Of a stretch of 28,658 nt of DNA, positions 17,296-26,636 are shown in pieces. The notes under the pieces are model-generated. The model was not told the DNA's origin and made no database searches. It saw only the letters and a program-made list of their open reading frames with translations. Both the position numbers and the translations under genes were made by a program. Location of the stretch: IMG/VR virus record IMGVR_UViG_3300025767_001799, positions 1 to 28,658 of that record, one strand, 5' to 3'. This stretch comes from a virus. Taxonomy: Duplodnaviria > Caudoviricetes. How positions within the stretch are numbered: position 1 is the first letter of the stretch; each line of letters starts with the position of its first letter.

Positions 17296-17469
17296 ATGGC
17301 TAAGTATACGCGTTTTGACCCTCGTAATAGAAAATATGGTCGTAACAAAGATCGATCTTTGAAAAAGGATATTAGGATCAGAGAAGCTGAAGATAATAAA
17401 GCTGAGAAATATTATGGCAAGAAAATAGAATGGGTGATTGTAGATGAGACCGAAGATCAGGGTGCTTAG
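17296..17469 (+). CDS. Small basic hypothetical protein (57 aa; not in ORF track)
   Basis: MAKYTRFDPRNRKYGRNKDRSLKK...; SD AGGA; fills the intergenic gap. Confidence 0.6.
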   Translation: MAKYTRFDPRNRKYGRNKDRSLKKDIRIREAEDNKAEKYYGKKIEWVIVDETEDQGA

Positions 17470-17722
17470 ATATATCAGGCGAGTATTGATTGCTACATCA
17501 ATTTTAGTTAATGTTATTTTAGGAGGTCCTTCTAATCAAACGTTCTCTGCGCGTAACCACGGATGGAAAAAGATTAACAAATATAATTTGGTATGGCTAA
17601 TCGATTTTTTGGTATTTTGGGACAATGATCATTGTATGATGAGTTGGTTATACTGGAAAACAGGAAAAAATATCCGAAAAGGCGGCGCAAGGTATATACA
17701 AAATAAAGCTAAGATGTTATGA
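17444..17722 (+). CDS. Conserved phage membrane-associated protein
   Basis: NVILGG..NQTFSAR...IDFL.FWD.DHC pattern. Confidence 0.55.
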   Translation: MRPKIRVLRYIRRVLIATSILVNVILGGPSNQTFSARNHGWKKINKYNLVWLIDFLVFWDNDHCMMSWLYWKTGKNIRKGGARYIQNKAKML

Positions 17723-18423
17723 AGCATAACAATGTTTTGATATATACGACGCCTAGAACTGGATCTACATTTCTTTTTGACGTTATAAGTGAAATTATAT
17801 GGAAAGGTAAAGACGAAAGCTTACGTATGACAATACCATTTGGTGGTTATGGAGGCGAGCCATTTTCCGAATGTAAAAATATTGGAAAAACCATAGATGA
17901 ATGTAATTTTTTGGCCGGCGGATCAAATCCCTTTGTTTTGAAATTAATGCATAACCATTTGCAAAAATTTACGGATGCAGATCTAAGTAAGTTTAAAGCT
18001 ATGTTAAAGAACAGAAACTTTTTTGTAATTTCTTTGACGCGCGAAGACTTAAAAAATCAAACGCTGAGTTGGTATATTGCTGTTCAAACTAAACAATTTT
18101 CAGAACAATCTTATCATCAGATCACCGGAGATTATGAATCTTTTTCCCATCAACTTAATTTTTTGCACGAGAACGTAGAAAATCATAAATCTAATAAATA
18201 TAATATTCCAATAGACCAAGAAATGGTTTATGAAAAGTTTACAGAATCAGATGAAATTACTATAGATAACGAAACATTTTCTTTAAAAAATATTTTGCCA
18301 AATATTAAAATTTTCAGAGCTTTACCAAAATACGAAAAGTTGCAAAATTTGAAAAAAGTTAATTCTTGGTATTCCAAATTAATGAAAGAAAAAAATCAGG
18401 AAGTGTTTACAAAACAAAGCTAA
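17719..18423 (+). CDS. Sulfotransferase-like protein (Stf0-like)
   Basis: 5'-PSB loop PRTGST and a later R.D...Q.LS motif. AT-rich. Confidence 0.65.
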   Translation: MKHNNVLIYTTPRTGSTFLFDVISEIIWKGKDESLRMTIPFGGYGGEPFSECKNIGKTIDECNFLAGGSNPFVLKLMHNHLQKFTDADLSKFKAMLKNRNFFVISLTREDLKNQTLSWYIAVQTKQFSEQSYHQITGDYESFSHQLNFLHENVENHKSNKYNIPIDQEMVYEKFTESDEITIDNETFSLKNILPNIKIFRALPKYEKLQNLKKVNSWYSKLMKEKNQEVFTKQS

Positions 18424-18434
18424 TGTGATAAAAT
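18406..18434 (+). promoter_or_regulatory. Early-type promoter
   Basis: GTTTACA, 17-bp spacer, TAAAAT with a TGn extension. Confidence 0.6.
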
Positions 18435-18459
18435 AAATTCATAATTGATAGGATATAAT

Positions 18460-19035
18460 ATGCGAATTTTGACTGATGTAGACGGCGTACTCTTGAATTG
18501 GGAATATGCATTCAACGTGTGGATGAAAAGCCACGGTTATGAAGAAGATCTTTCTTTGAGCTCAAGTGAATATGACATGGGTACTCGTTATGGAATTTCT
18601 GCCAAGAAAAAGCGTAAGCTAATTAAAATGTTTAATGAGTCGGCTGCAATTGGGTTTCTTCCTCCATTGCGTGATGCTATTCATTACGTGCGTAAACTAC
18701 ATGAGGAACACGGCTATGTGTTTCATGTAATCACGTCCCTTTCACTTGATCGTAATGCACAAATGCTTCGTGAGCAAAATCTAAAGAAATTGTTTGGCGA
18801 AACGGTATTTGAAAAGTTTGTCTATTGTGATACGGGAGCTGATAAAGACGAAGCTCTTGAGCCATATATTAACTCATTCGACGTATGGATTGAAGATAAA
18901 ATTGAGAATGCAGAACTTGGAATCGATTATAATCTAGACTCTATTCTTATTGAACATGGTCACAATATGCACTATGACGGTGTTCCACTCATGAAGAACT
19001 GGAAAGAAGTTTACGAATATGTCACAGGAGAATGA
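18460..19035 (+). CDS. HAD-family 5'(3')-deoxyribonucleotidase-like protein
   Basis: DVDGVL motif I, ITS motif II, K, and WIEDK motif IV. Confidence 0.8.
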   Translation: MRILTDVDGVLLNWEYAFNVWMKSHGYEEDLSLSSSEYDMGTRYGISAKKKRKLIKMFNESAAIGFLPPLRDAIHYVRKLHEEHGYVFHVITSLSLDRNAQMLREQNLKKLFGETVFEKFVYCDTGADKDEALEPYINSFDVWIEDKIENAELGIDYNLDSILIEHGHNMHYDGVPLMKNWKEVYEYVTGE

Positions 19036-19273
19036 TTTGCCAATTGTAATTCACTGCATTTGCTGTGAGGAAAAAATGGTAAATGCGAGCTATATGTATC
19101 CAGAAGGTAAAGCCGTAGTTCACCCAGAATACGGCACTGTATTCCAGTCTTCTGGGAACTACGGCTCTACAGTATTTGATCCGATGGACGGTTCTATTGC
19201 AGAAATTTGTATCTGCAATGACTGTCTTGAAGACAAGAAATGGGCAATGAATATTAAGGCATATAAACCATGA
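19019..19273 (+). CDS. Cys-rich hypothetical protein
   Basis: CICC...GNYGSTVFD...ICNDC; overlaps both neighbours. Confidence 0.55.
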   Translation: MSQENDLPIVIHCICCEEKMVNASYMYPEGKAVVHPEYGTVFQSSGNYGSTVFDPMDGSIAEICICNDCLEDKKWAMNIKAYKP

Positions 19274-19461
19274 GTATATTTGAAATTCTAAATCTTCGTA
19301 GTCAATGGGAAGAATTGGCACGGAATCTAAATACTGATATAGATAGTTCTATCTCAGGTCTTAAATCTTTTATTGAACATAGTTATAAGAGTAACCGATT
19401 TAAAGAAGGTTGGGCTGAAGCTATGGAAATTGCTGAACAAATCGTAGAAAACTCAAAATGA
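19270..19461 (+). CDS. Hypothetical protein
   Basis: Stop/start overlaps with both neighbours. Confidence 0.55.
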   Translation: MSIFEILNLRSQWEELARNLNTDIDSSISGLKSFIEHSYKSNRFKEGWAEAMEIAEQIVENSK

Positions 19462-20240
19462 AAAAGTTAATTTATCAGGTATATCTTGGAAAGAAATCTA
19501 AACTTTATGATCACTGTATTTCAAGTGTAGCAAAGTATGCAAAAAGAATTGGTGCTGAACATATCGTTCAGCGCACGCCGCTTCTTATGATTGCGCCAGA
19601 TCCATTTACATCAAATCGTAGCAAAGAGTCATACCAAAAGCACGGTGGGTTTCTCCCTATTTACGAAAAGGAAAACGCCTTCGCTTATTTTAAAGGTTAT
19701 GATCAAATTGCAATTATTGACGCTGACATTTATATCCGAGAAACTGCTCCAGATATTTTCGAAGACTTAGATCAAAAATATGATTTCGGAGCTGTGTTAG
19801 AGCGTGATATGCCTATGACTAATCAGTATCAAGCGAAGATAAAAAATTATTCTAACATGCAATATGGAATGAATCCTATTCGCCAGTTGTTTGATTGGAG
19901 TAATACTTCCGGAGCTAACTTTTATAATATGGGTATGATGGTTATGAACAAATCATTTGCTACTCATTTAAAAGGTCAAACTCCTATGCAATTCCTACGT
20001 AGACCTGAGTTTAAAGCATTCATTGATGGCGTCGGCGCATGGAAGTGGTCTACTGACCAAACTCTTCTCAATGTTTTTGTTAAAGAAAATAAAGTCAAAT
20101 GTAAAAATATGGATTGGAAGTGGAATGGACTTTATACCGCAAATCCATTTATTAACGAGTGCCATTTTGTACACTTCTTCTTGAAAGATAAGCTTCCAAA
20201 CCGTGGTGAGAATGTAGAAGATCTTATGAAGAATGTCTAG
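19458..20240 (+). CDS. GT-A glycosyltransferase (GT8/GT34-like)
   Basis: IIDADIY (DxD), YNMGMM, DQTLLN, WN, and HF. Confidence 0.75.
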   Translation: MKKLIYQVYLGKKSKLYDHCISSVAKYAKRIGAEHIVQRTPLLMIAPDPFTSNRSKESYQKHGGFLPIYEKENAFAYFKGYDQIAIIDADIYIRETAPDIFEDLDQKYDFGAVLERDMPMTNQYQAKIKNYSNMQYGMNPIRQLFDWSNTSGANFYNMGMMVMNKSFATHLKGQTPMQFLRRPEFKAFIDGVGAWKWSTDQTLLNVFVKENKVKCKNMDWKWNGLYTANPFINECHFVHFFLKDKLPNRGENVEDLMKNV

Positions 20241-20907
20241 AACTCTTTTTATACATACGCCAAAGGCAGCTGGAACTACGATAGCAGCGTCGTGCCCGGT
20301 CGTTTCGGTTTCTGAGAGATACTTTAGTAAAGATAAGATTAAAGAAGATAGGATGAATCCGAAATCATACTATACTCTTAATTCACCTCAATCATTCATA
20401 AAGCATGCACCATATAGTTACCTTGATAAACATCAAATTTCTAGATTTGATAAGGTATTTACCACAGTCAGAAATCCATGGTCTAGGTTGGTTTCCATGT
20501 ATCATCATGCCGATGCTATATCTCATAGGATCAATAAAACATGGTATTATCAAGATAAAATTTCATGGGACGAATATCTAAATAGGATGGATTCATTTAG
20601 AATGAATTCTTCGTATTATTGGAATCATCCATATGACCAATGGGGAATACAACTTGATTGGATATCTGTTGGAAGTAAAGTAAAAGGCGACGTTTTAAGA
20701 TACGAAAATTTGCAAGAAGATGTTAATGCATATTTTGATAAAAACATTATTTTGAATAAAGAGAATGCTGGTACCTATAATAAAGACTATAGAGAATATT
20801 ATACAAAAGAACAGCAACAAAGAGTAGCAGAGTGGTTTAGACTTGACATTGAATATTGGGGATTTACATTTGAATCTGGAGCTACTAGAAATTATTGGAC
20901 AAAATAA
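20233..20907 (+). CDS. Sulfotransferase (Sulfotransfer_2 type)
   Basis: FIHTPKAAGTT, VRNPWSRLVSMY, and RYENL. Confidence 0.85.
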   Translation: MSRTLFIHTPKAAGTTIAASCPVVSVSERYFSKDKIKEDRMNPKSYYTLNSPQSFIKHAPYSYLDKHQISRFDKVFTTVRNPWSRLVSMYHHADAISHRINKTWYYQDKISWDEYLNRMDSFRMNSSYYWNHPYDQWGIQLDWISVGSKVKGDVLRYENLQEDVNAYFDKNIILNKENAGTYNKDYREYYTKEQQQRVAEWFRLDIEYWGFTFESGATRNYWTK

Positions 20908-21620
20908 TGAATAAAATAAAGCATTTTGTGCATATACCAAAAAATGGTGGTTTGACTATCCGATATTCGCCATTTCTTAAAGACAGAATGATTGTGTCTA
21001 CATCAATGACGCATAAATCGGCTGAATATACGTCTGGCCTATTAGCTAAGATGCAGGAGACTGGTGATCATCCCGGTATTGAACACGCCCGTTGGAGAGA
21101 TATTAATCCGCAGTTGACCGAAAAATATCAATCATTTGCTATTATTCGTAACCCTTGGGATAGAGTTGTTTCAAGATACTTCTTTGCTAAAAAGGTTATT
21201 GAGGTAGAGAAAAAAGAATCATCATCATATGCTGATATTAGTTCATTTGAAGCATTTCTTGAGGAGCGCCATAAATGGGGAAATCAAGAATATATGTGGC
21301 ATAGAGCTATTCGTGGTTGGTATCCAGCGACGAATCATGTTACTGATGATTTTGGCATTTTAAAATGCGATATGTTATCATTCGAAAATTATAATAATGA
21401 TGTTTGCGATTATTTTAATTTAAAAGAAATGTCAAGAGCAAGGAATGTTACTGCACTAAACAAAGGTTCTTATAAAGACCTATATAATGGCAGAACAATC
21501 CAAATTATAGCTGACTGGTATAAATCTGATATAGATATGTTTGGATACGATTTTGATTCTGGTCCAACTAAAAACACTTGGAGACACACGCGTGAGCTAT
21601 TTGAAAGAACTATTCGATAA
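20907..21620 (+). CDS. Sulfotransferase (Sulfotransfer_2 type)
   Basis: FVHIPKNGGLT, IRNPWDRVVSRY, and D...FGY.F. Confidence 0.85.
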   Translation: MNKIKHFVHIPKNGGLTIRYSPFLKDRMIVSTSMTHKSAEYTSGLLAKMQETGDHPGIEHARWRDINPQLTEKYQSFAIIRNPWDRVVSRYFFAKKVIEVEKKESSSYADISSFEAFLEERHKWGNQEYMWHRAIRGWYPATNHVTDDFGILKCDMLSFENYNNDVCDYFNLKEMSRARNVTALNKGSYKDLYNGRTIQIIADWYKSDIDMFGYDFDSGPTKNTWRHTRELFERTIR

Positions 21621-22212
21621 GTATAATTGCGATAAAAGCGCAAAACATAATTATCATGAGGTATATGAATCTCTCTTTGAGCCTTATCAAAATGATCCCA
21701 TCAACTTCTTAGAAATTGGTGTTTTTAAAGGCGCCTCTACTGCAGCAATTCATGAATATTTTCCTAATGCTACGATTTATGGATTGGATATTTTTGAACG
21801 AGTTGATGTAAATGAAATTGATATTCTGAAAGAAGATAGGGTGAACTGGCTTAAAGGCAATTCACTAAATCCATCTATTGCTGATGCTATTGAAGCTAAA
21901 TGGCCAGGTATTAAATTTGATTTTATCCTTGATGATGGTGCCCATTGGCCAGAAGCAAACCGTAAGACTATGGAAAACATAATTCAGTTTCTTGCAGAAG
22001 ACGGCATTTATATTATTGAAGATGTGTTTCCTATGTCTATTATGACACAATCGGAACTTAATCTCCCTTGGCTAAAGCAATCTCCAGACAAATATGATAT
22101 GCTTAAGTATTATGAATTTGAAGATGCTATGAAAAAAACTGGTCTTGCAATTAACCGCTACGATCTTAGAGGAAGTAATGCTCCCGACAGTTATGTTGTG
22201 ACACTATCATGA
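21592..22212 (+). CDS. Class I SAM-dependent (sugar O-) methyltransferase
   Basis: DK...H.Y, FLEIGV, ILDDGAH, and YIIED. GTG start at 21592 after a GGAG SD. Confidence 0.8.
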   Translation: MSYLKELFDKYNCDKSAKHNYHEVYESLFEPYQNDPINFLEIGVFKGASTAAIHEYFPNATIYGLDIFERVDVNEIDILKEDRVNWLKGNSLNPSIADAIEAKWPGIKFDFILDDGAHWPEANRKTMENIIQFLAEDGIYIIEDVFPMSIMTQSELNLPWLKQSPDKYDMLKYYEFEDAMKKTGLAINRYDLRGSNAPDSYVVTLS

Positions 22213-22907
22213 GAGCATTTGGAATTACAATGTGGGATCATGAAGGATCCGAAAACGGATTTAAGAGACTTCAGCAAAGTTGGGAATCTTCTAAGCAATC
22301 GTTCCCATTAAAAAGATTTACTGCTATTACGTATGATGACAATTTAGATTACATTATGGATTCATATAAAATCAAATGGAATTACCCATGGGAAGAAGCA
22401 GAGCTTGACTGGACTTCTGGATTACTTAAAAGTCCGTATCCAACAAGAAATCCAAAAGCTAGAATTGCGTGTGCCCTTAGTCATTATGCTCTTTGGAAGA
22501 AATGTTACAATGAGGACGAATCAATTCTGGTCCTTGAACATGACGCAGTTTTTACTAAAACCTTAAATTATAAGTTTATTCTTGATTCAAAGTATGATAT
22601 AATTGGTATTAACGATCCTAGAGGTGCCACAAGAAAGTCGAGAGATTTCTTTATTGAAGTAGATAGAAATAAAGATTACATTCAAAGACCTCCCGTGATT
22701 GATAACATGCACGTCCCTCAAGGTATTGCTGGAAACAGTGCATACATAATGAAACCAAGTGGCGCTAAAAAGATGTTAGATCTGGTCCATGAATATGGAC
22801 TATGGCCAAATGATGCTCTTATGTGCAGACAACTTGTTCCTACTCTTGGCGTCACGAAAGAATATTATACAAAGGTATTAGGCTTCGGCTCAACAACATC
22901 GCTATGA
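22209..22907 (+). CDS. Glycosyltransferase family 25-like
   Basis: ACALSHYALW...LEHDA and AYIMKPSGAKKM. Confidence 0.8.
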   Translation: MRAFGITMWDHEGSENGFKRLQQSWESSKQSFPLKRFTAITYDDNLDYIMDSYKIKWNYPWEEAELDWTSGLLKSPYPTRNPKARIACALSHYALWKKCYNEDESILVLEHDAVFTKTLNYKFILDSKYDIIGINDPRGATRKSRDFFIEVDRNKDYIQRPPVIDNMHVPQGIAGNSAYIMKPSGAKKMLDLVHEYGLWPNDALMCRQLVPTLGVTKEYYTKVLGFGSTTSL

Positions 22908-23551
22908 AATCATATGTAATAACAATTCTAGATAATCCTCGGTCGGTTCAAGTAGCTGACCGATGTATAGCATCCGGTAAGAAGTTTGGTATTGACATTG
23001 AAAAGTTTGCAGCGGTAACACCAAAAACACATGACCCTGAGAAATATGCAGAGTCATTAGATATTCCTACCGATGGATTCAAAGAGATTTATTCTCGCTA
23101 TGAAAATTGCTTGTCTGCATTTCTTTCTCATTATCTTCTATGGGAAAAGTGTGTAAACTTAAATGAACAACTGCTAATTCTTGAGCACGATGCAATTATT
23201 GTCAATAACATTCCAGTCTTTGCTGGATATAAGTATCTGTTAAATCTTGGCGAACCTAGTTATGGAAGAGCAAGGCAACCTATGACACTTGGTGTTGGAC
23301 CTCTTACATCTAAGCAATACTTGCCTGGTGCTCATGGATATATGATTAAACCTTCAGGCGCTAAGATGCTTATGGACAGAGCACAACTAACAGCGATGCC
23401 AACTGATGTGTTTATTAATAAAACTAATTTTCCTTGGCTAGAAGAATATTATCCATGGCCTGTAAAAGCAGTCGATTCGTTTACTACAATTCAAAATAAG
23501 CATGGATGTGCTGCTAAACATAATTACGGTGTGACTTATGAAATCATCTAG
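22904..23551 (+). CDS. Glycosyltransferase family 25-like
   Basis: AFLSHYLLW...LEHDA, GYMIKPSGAK, and PTD. Confidence 0.8.
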   Translation: MKSYVITILDNPRSVQVADRCIASGKKFGIDIEKFAAVTPKTHDPEKYAESLDIPTDGFKEIYSRYENCLSAFLSHYLLWEKCVNLNEQLLILEHDAIIVNNIPVFAGYKYLLNLGEPSYGRARQPMTLGVGPLTSKQYLPGAHGYMIKPSGAKMLMDRAQLTAMPTDVFINKTNFPWLEEYYPWPVKAVDSFTTIQNKHGCAAKHNYGVTYEII

Positions 23552-24170
23552 ATTATTCATTACTGGTTGTGATTCTAATACAGAATGGATGCTTCCGTGG
23601 TTTGTTGAAAACTTTAAGAAATATATGCCAAATGAGCAATTGATGATTTTTGACTTTGGAATGGAGAGCAGTCTATACCCAGAACTTAGAAAGTCCCATA
23701 GAACGAGTGATGTCGGCTGGTTTAAAAAACCTAGTGCTATGATGAAAGCCTCTAACCATGCATATCAAGTTTGTTGGTTAGATACTGATTGCCATATTCA
23801 AGCAGATATTAGTGATATCTTTGATCATGTAGAAACAAATAAAATTGCTATGGCGGTTGATAAACCTTGGACGGATAGAAGGCAGGAAAAATGGCACAAT
23901 AGCGGTGTTGTTGCCTTCGAAGGTTGCCCATCTATTCTTGGCTTCTGGGCAACAGAGGTAGGTAGATTTCCTAAGGTCGGGGATCAAGAAGTTTTGCATG
24001 AAATGGTAAAAGATGGTATGAAAAGAATGATACATATCACAGACTTACCGCATGAATATAATACATTACGTCTTGATGTATTGGATGGAACTACTCCTAA
24101 GAATATCAAGGTTATGCATTGGACTGGTGCTAAAGGCAAAATGAAAATTAAGGAATTGATGAATGAGTAG
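23538..24170 (+). CDS. GT-A glycosyltransferase (GT8-like)
   Basis: WFKKP, WLDTD, NSGVV, GDQE, YN, and HWTG. Confidence 0.75.
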   Translation: MKSSRLFITGCDSNTEWMLPWFVENFKKYMPNEQLMIFDFGMESSLYPELRKSHRTSDVGWFKKPSAMMKASNHAYQVCWLDTDCHIQADISDIFDHVETNKIAMAVDKPWTDRRQEKWHNSGVVAFEGCPSILGFWATEVGRFPKVGDQEVLHEMVKDGMKRMIHITDLPHEYNTLRLDVLDGTTPKNIKVMHWTGAKGKMKIKELMNE

Positions 24171-24756
24171 AATTGTTCACGTTATTGGAAATGGTGATAA
24201 TTCGGCCTTGTATAAACCGGCAAAGGGTATTAAGATCACATGCAATCTTCCACCATTTTCCGTAGAAAATGTATATGGCTCTTGCATGGTTGATTTTAAA
24301 ATGATGCGAGCGATGCATGAAGGCAGCGTGCAAGTTCCAGGTGAATGGATTCTAGGATTCAGGCCTCACAAATATCTTGAGATGTATCCCAGCATGAGAC
24401 TACAATGGGCTAATCAAATTAAGGAGTTTTACCTTGACAAACCGCCTTATGTTGCAAATTATACCGACTTTAATTGTGGCCACATGGCTGTTCATTACTC
24501 GGCCAATAAACTTAAAGGCACCGAGATTCACATGTATGGATTTGATTCCATATTTGATTTCTCATTAAGAAGTTGTACTGATTTCTATTTACAATCAGAT
24601 CGTGGTGACACAAACAACATGAGATTGATTAATAACTGGCGACCAATTTGGAATGGCATTTTTAATCAGTTCAGTGAGACTCAATTCGTGCTTCATCATA
24701 AACACGCCGATGTTAAAATAAAAACCCCAGAAAACGTAGAAGTAGTAACTAAATAA
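24163..24756 (+). CDS. Sialyltransferase/Maf-like glycosyltransferase-related protein
   Basis: VIGNG N-terminal motif, CN, N.G..A, and IHMYGFD. Confidence 0.5.
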   Translation: MSRIVHVIGNGDNSALYKPAKGIKITCNLPPFSVENVYGSCMVDFKMMRAMHEGSVQVPGEWILGFRPHKYLEMYPSMRLQWANQIKEFYLDKPPYVANYTDFNCGHMAVHYSANKLKGTEIHMYGFDSIFDFSLRSCTDFYLQSDRGDTNNMRLINNWRPIWNGIFNQFSETQFVLHHKHADVKIKTPENVEVVTK

Positions 24757-25952
24757 TGGCAATTAATCTCACATTGAAGCAAGTTGACAACGTTATAACT
24801 AAAACTGAAGGTTATTGGGTTTATAACGATAAGGGTGAAAGATTTCTAGATCTTACGTCTGGAGGTTATGCGTTCCCATTGGGCTATGGTAATAAAGAAA
24901 TAGCAAGTGCGGTATATGAGTCATTAGTTACTGTTGGCAGATGCCATAATAGAATGGGATATACTATGCCACTTGTTGAAGAAATGGGAGATTTTCTTTG
25001 CGAGTCAGGCGGTTGGGAAAGCCATTGCTGGACTATTACCGGAACTAGTGCCGTTGAATGTGCCGTCAATATGGCAGATATGTATTGGGATAGAACTGGT
25101 GATGGTAGAAGAGGTATTCTTTCCTTTGGACTGGGATGGAACGGTGCCAGTAATCTTACTAAAAAAATGAGTGGTATGTATCCAGTAGAAGGAACTAGGG
25201 TACATATAGTCGATACTCCAATCTGGGAATTTGCTGAAGATCAGGCAGAAGAAGAAAAAATCACGCTCTTTGAAGTTGCTAAAAAAGTTGAAGAAGAAAA
25301 AGATATTGGTTCAATCATTATTAATCCGGCGCCTTGGTTCTATGGAGTTCATGTTTGGTCATTTGACTTTTGGAGAAAACTTAGAAAAATATGTGATGAA
25401 CACGGCTTACTACTGATTTTAGACGATGTTGCATCGTGTTGGGGAAAGGCTAAAGCATTCCATAGTCATGATACAATTCTACCACCGGATGTTAGATCTG
25501 ATATTTCGTGTTTAGGCAAAGCTATTACTGCTGGTTATGCACCACTTGCCGCAGCCGTGGCAAATAAGAAAGTAACTGAGGTTATTAGAGATGGATTTTC
25601 ATATGGCCATACGTTCCAACCTTTAGTCTCAGGCGTAGCTGCAATGAAAGCAACTACTCAAATTATCCAGAGAGATAATCTTTTGGAATACGGTCAAGTG
25701 ATTGAAGACCGTTTAAATTTGTTATTTCAAGAATTCGTTGAAGACGGTGAAGTATCCCATTATAATGCTCATGGGCTGTTAGGTATCATGTATTTAAAAG
25801 ATAAGAATGCAGAAATAAATCTAGCGGATAGATATTATGGTGAAAGCTATACACGAAAAAATACGCCGAACATCAGAGTTTGTGCCCCTTTGATTGCAGA
25901 TGATGAGTATTTCTTTGAATTAAAAAAATTAATGAAAGAAATGATAATTTAA
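24756..25952 (+). CDS. Class III PLP-dependent aminotransferase
   Basis: EGYWVY...FLDLTSG, GTSAVE, LLILDDV..WGK, D...LGKAITAGY (PLP lysine), and GHTF. Confidence 0.88.
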   Translation: MAINLTLKQVDNVITKTEGYWVYNDKGERFLDLTSGGYAFPLGYGNKEIASAVYESLVTVGRCHNRMGYTMPLVEEMGDFLCESGGWESHCWTITGTSAVECAVNMADMYWDRTGDGRRGILSFGLGWNGASNLTKKMSGMYPVEGTRVHIVDTPIWEFAEDQAEEEKITLFEVAKKVEEEKDIGSIIINPAPWFYGVHVWSFDFWRKLRKICDEHGLLLILDDVASCWGKAKAFHSHDTILPPDVRSDISCLGKAITAGYAPLAAAVANKKVTEVIRDGFSYGHTFQPLVSGVAAMKATTQIIQRDNLLEYGQVIEDRLNLLFQEFVEDGEVSHYNAHGLLGIMYLKDKNAEINLADRYYGESYTRKNTPNIRVCAPLIADDEYFFELKKLMKEMII

Positions 25953-25954
25953 GG

Positions 25955-25990
25955 TTTACACTAGTTTGAGCATGTGTTAGTATATAAATA
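25955..25990 (+). promoter_or_regulatory. Early-type promoter overlapping a T4 late-type TATAAATA box
   Basis: GTTTACA, 17-bp spacer, TAGTAT (TGn extended); TATAAATA at 25983-25990. Confidence 0.6.
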
Positions 25991-26015
25991 ATCTCTACAA
26001 TAGAGGATTAAACAT

Positions 26016-26072
26016 ATGCCACAATACGACGATCCCTGTGATTGTGTCGAACATTGGATTATGTATCTTTAA
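26016..26072 (+). CDS. 18-aa micropeptide MPQYDDPCDCVEHWIMYL
   Basis: AGAGGA SD; first ORF after the promoter; its stop overlaps the SD of the next gene. Confidence 0.5.
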   Translation: MPQYDDPCDCVEHWIMYL

Positions 26073-26081
26073 GGAAATGAA

Positions 26082-26546
26082 ATGAAACTATTGACGACAA
26101 CAATTATTGCCACAATGATGGCTCCCGTGGCCTTTGCTGGAGAAACAGTAAACGCTCGGGTTAAAGATCATTATAAAACAGTATATGAGCACATTCCAGT
26201 GACAAACCGCTACTGTGAAAACGTTGAAGTTCCTGTATATGGAACACGACAAAAGCAGGGCAACGCAGCTGAAGGCGCCATTCTTGGAATGATCATCGGT
26301 GGACTTGCAGGTAAAGCTGTCACTGGTAAAGATAATGGCGCTGCAGCTGGTGCTATTATGGGTGGAGTAATCGGTGCCGATAAAGGTGCCAAACCAAAGA
26401 ATGAAACAGTTGTTACTGGCTATCGTACCGAACGCCAATGCACTGACGTTACCGAATATGTGAACAATCCAAAAAATGTTTACGATTATTCAACTTTGGT
26501 GTTTACATTGGACGGAAAACAATATAGAATAGATTTTAATAAATGA
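26082..26546 (+). CDS. Exported glycine-zipper (2TM) protein
   Basis: Signal peptide ending AFA, GAILGMIIGG...GAAAGAIMGGVIG zipper, and a Cys pair. Confidence 0.75.
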   Translation: MKLLTTTIIATMMAPVAFAGETVNARVKDHYKTVYEHIPVTNRYCENVEVPVYGTRQKQGNAAEGAILGMIIGGLAGKAVTGKDNGAAAGAIMGGVIGADKGAKPKNETVVTGYRTERQCTDVTEYVNNPKNVYDYSTLVFTLDGKQYRIDFNK

Positions 26547-26553
26547 GGTTAAT

Positions 26554-26630
26554 GACTCCTTAGCTCAGCTGGATAGAGCAAGTGCCTTCTAAGCACTAGG
26601 TCGAGGGTTCGAATCCTTCAGGGGTCGCCA
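26554..26630 (+). tRNA. tRNA-Arg (anticodon UCU)
   Basis: Full cloverleaf: AGTGC-CTTCTAA-GCACT anticodon arm, TTCGAAT T-loop, encoded CCA. Confidence 0.95.
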
Positions 26631-26636
26631 TATTTT

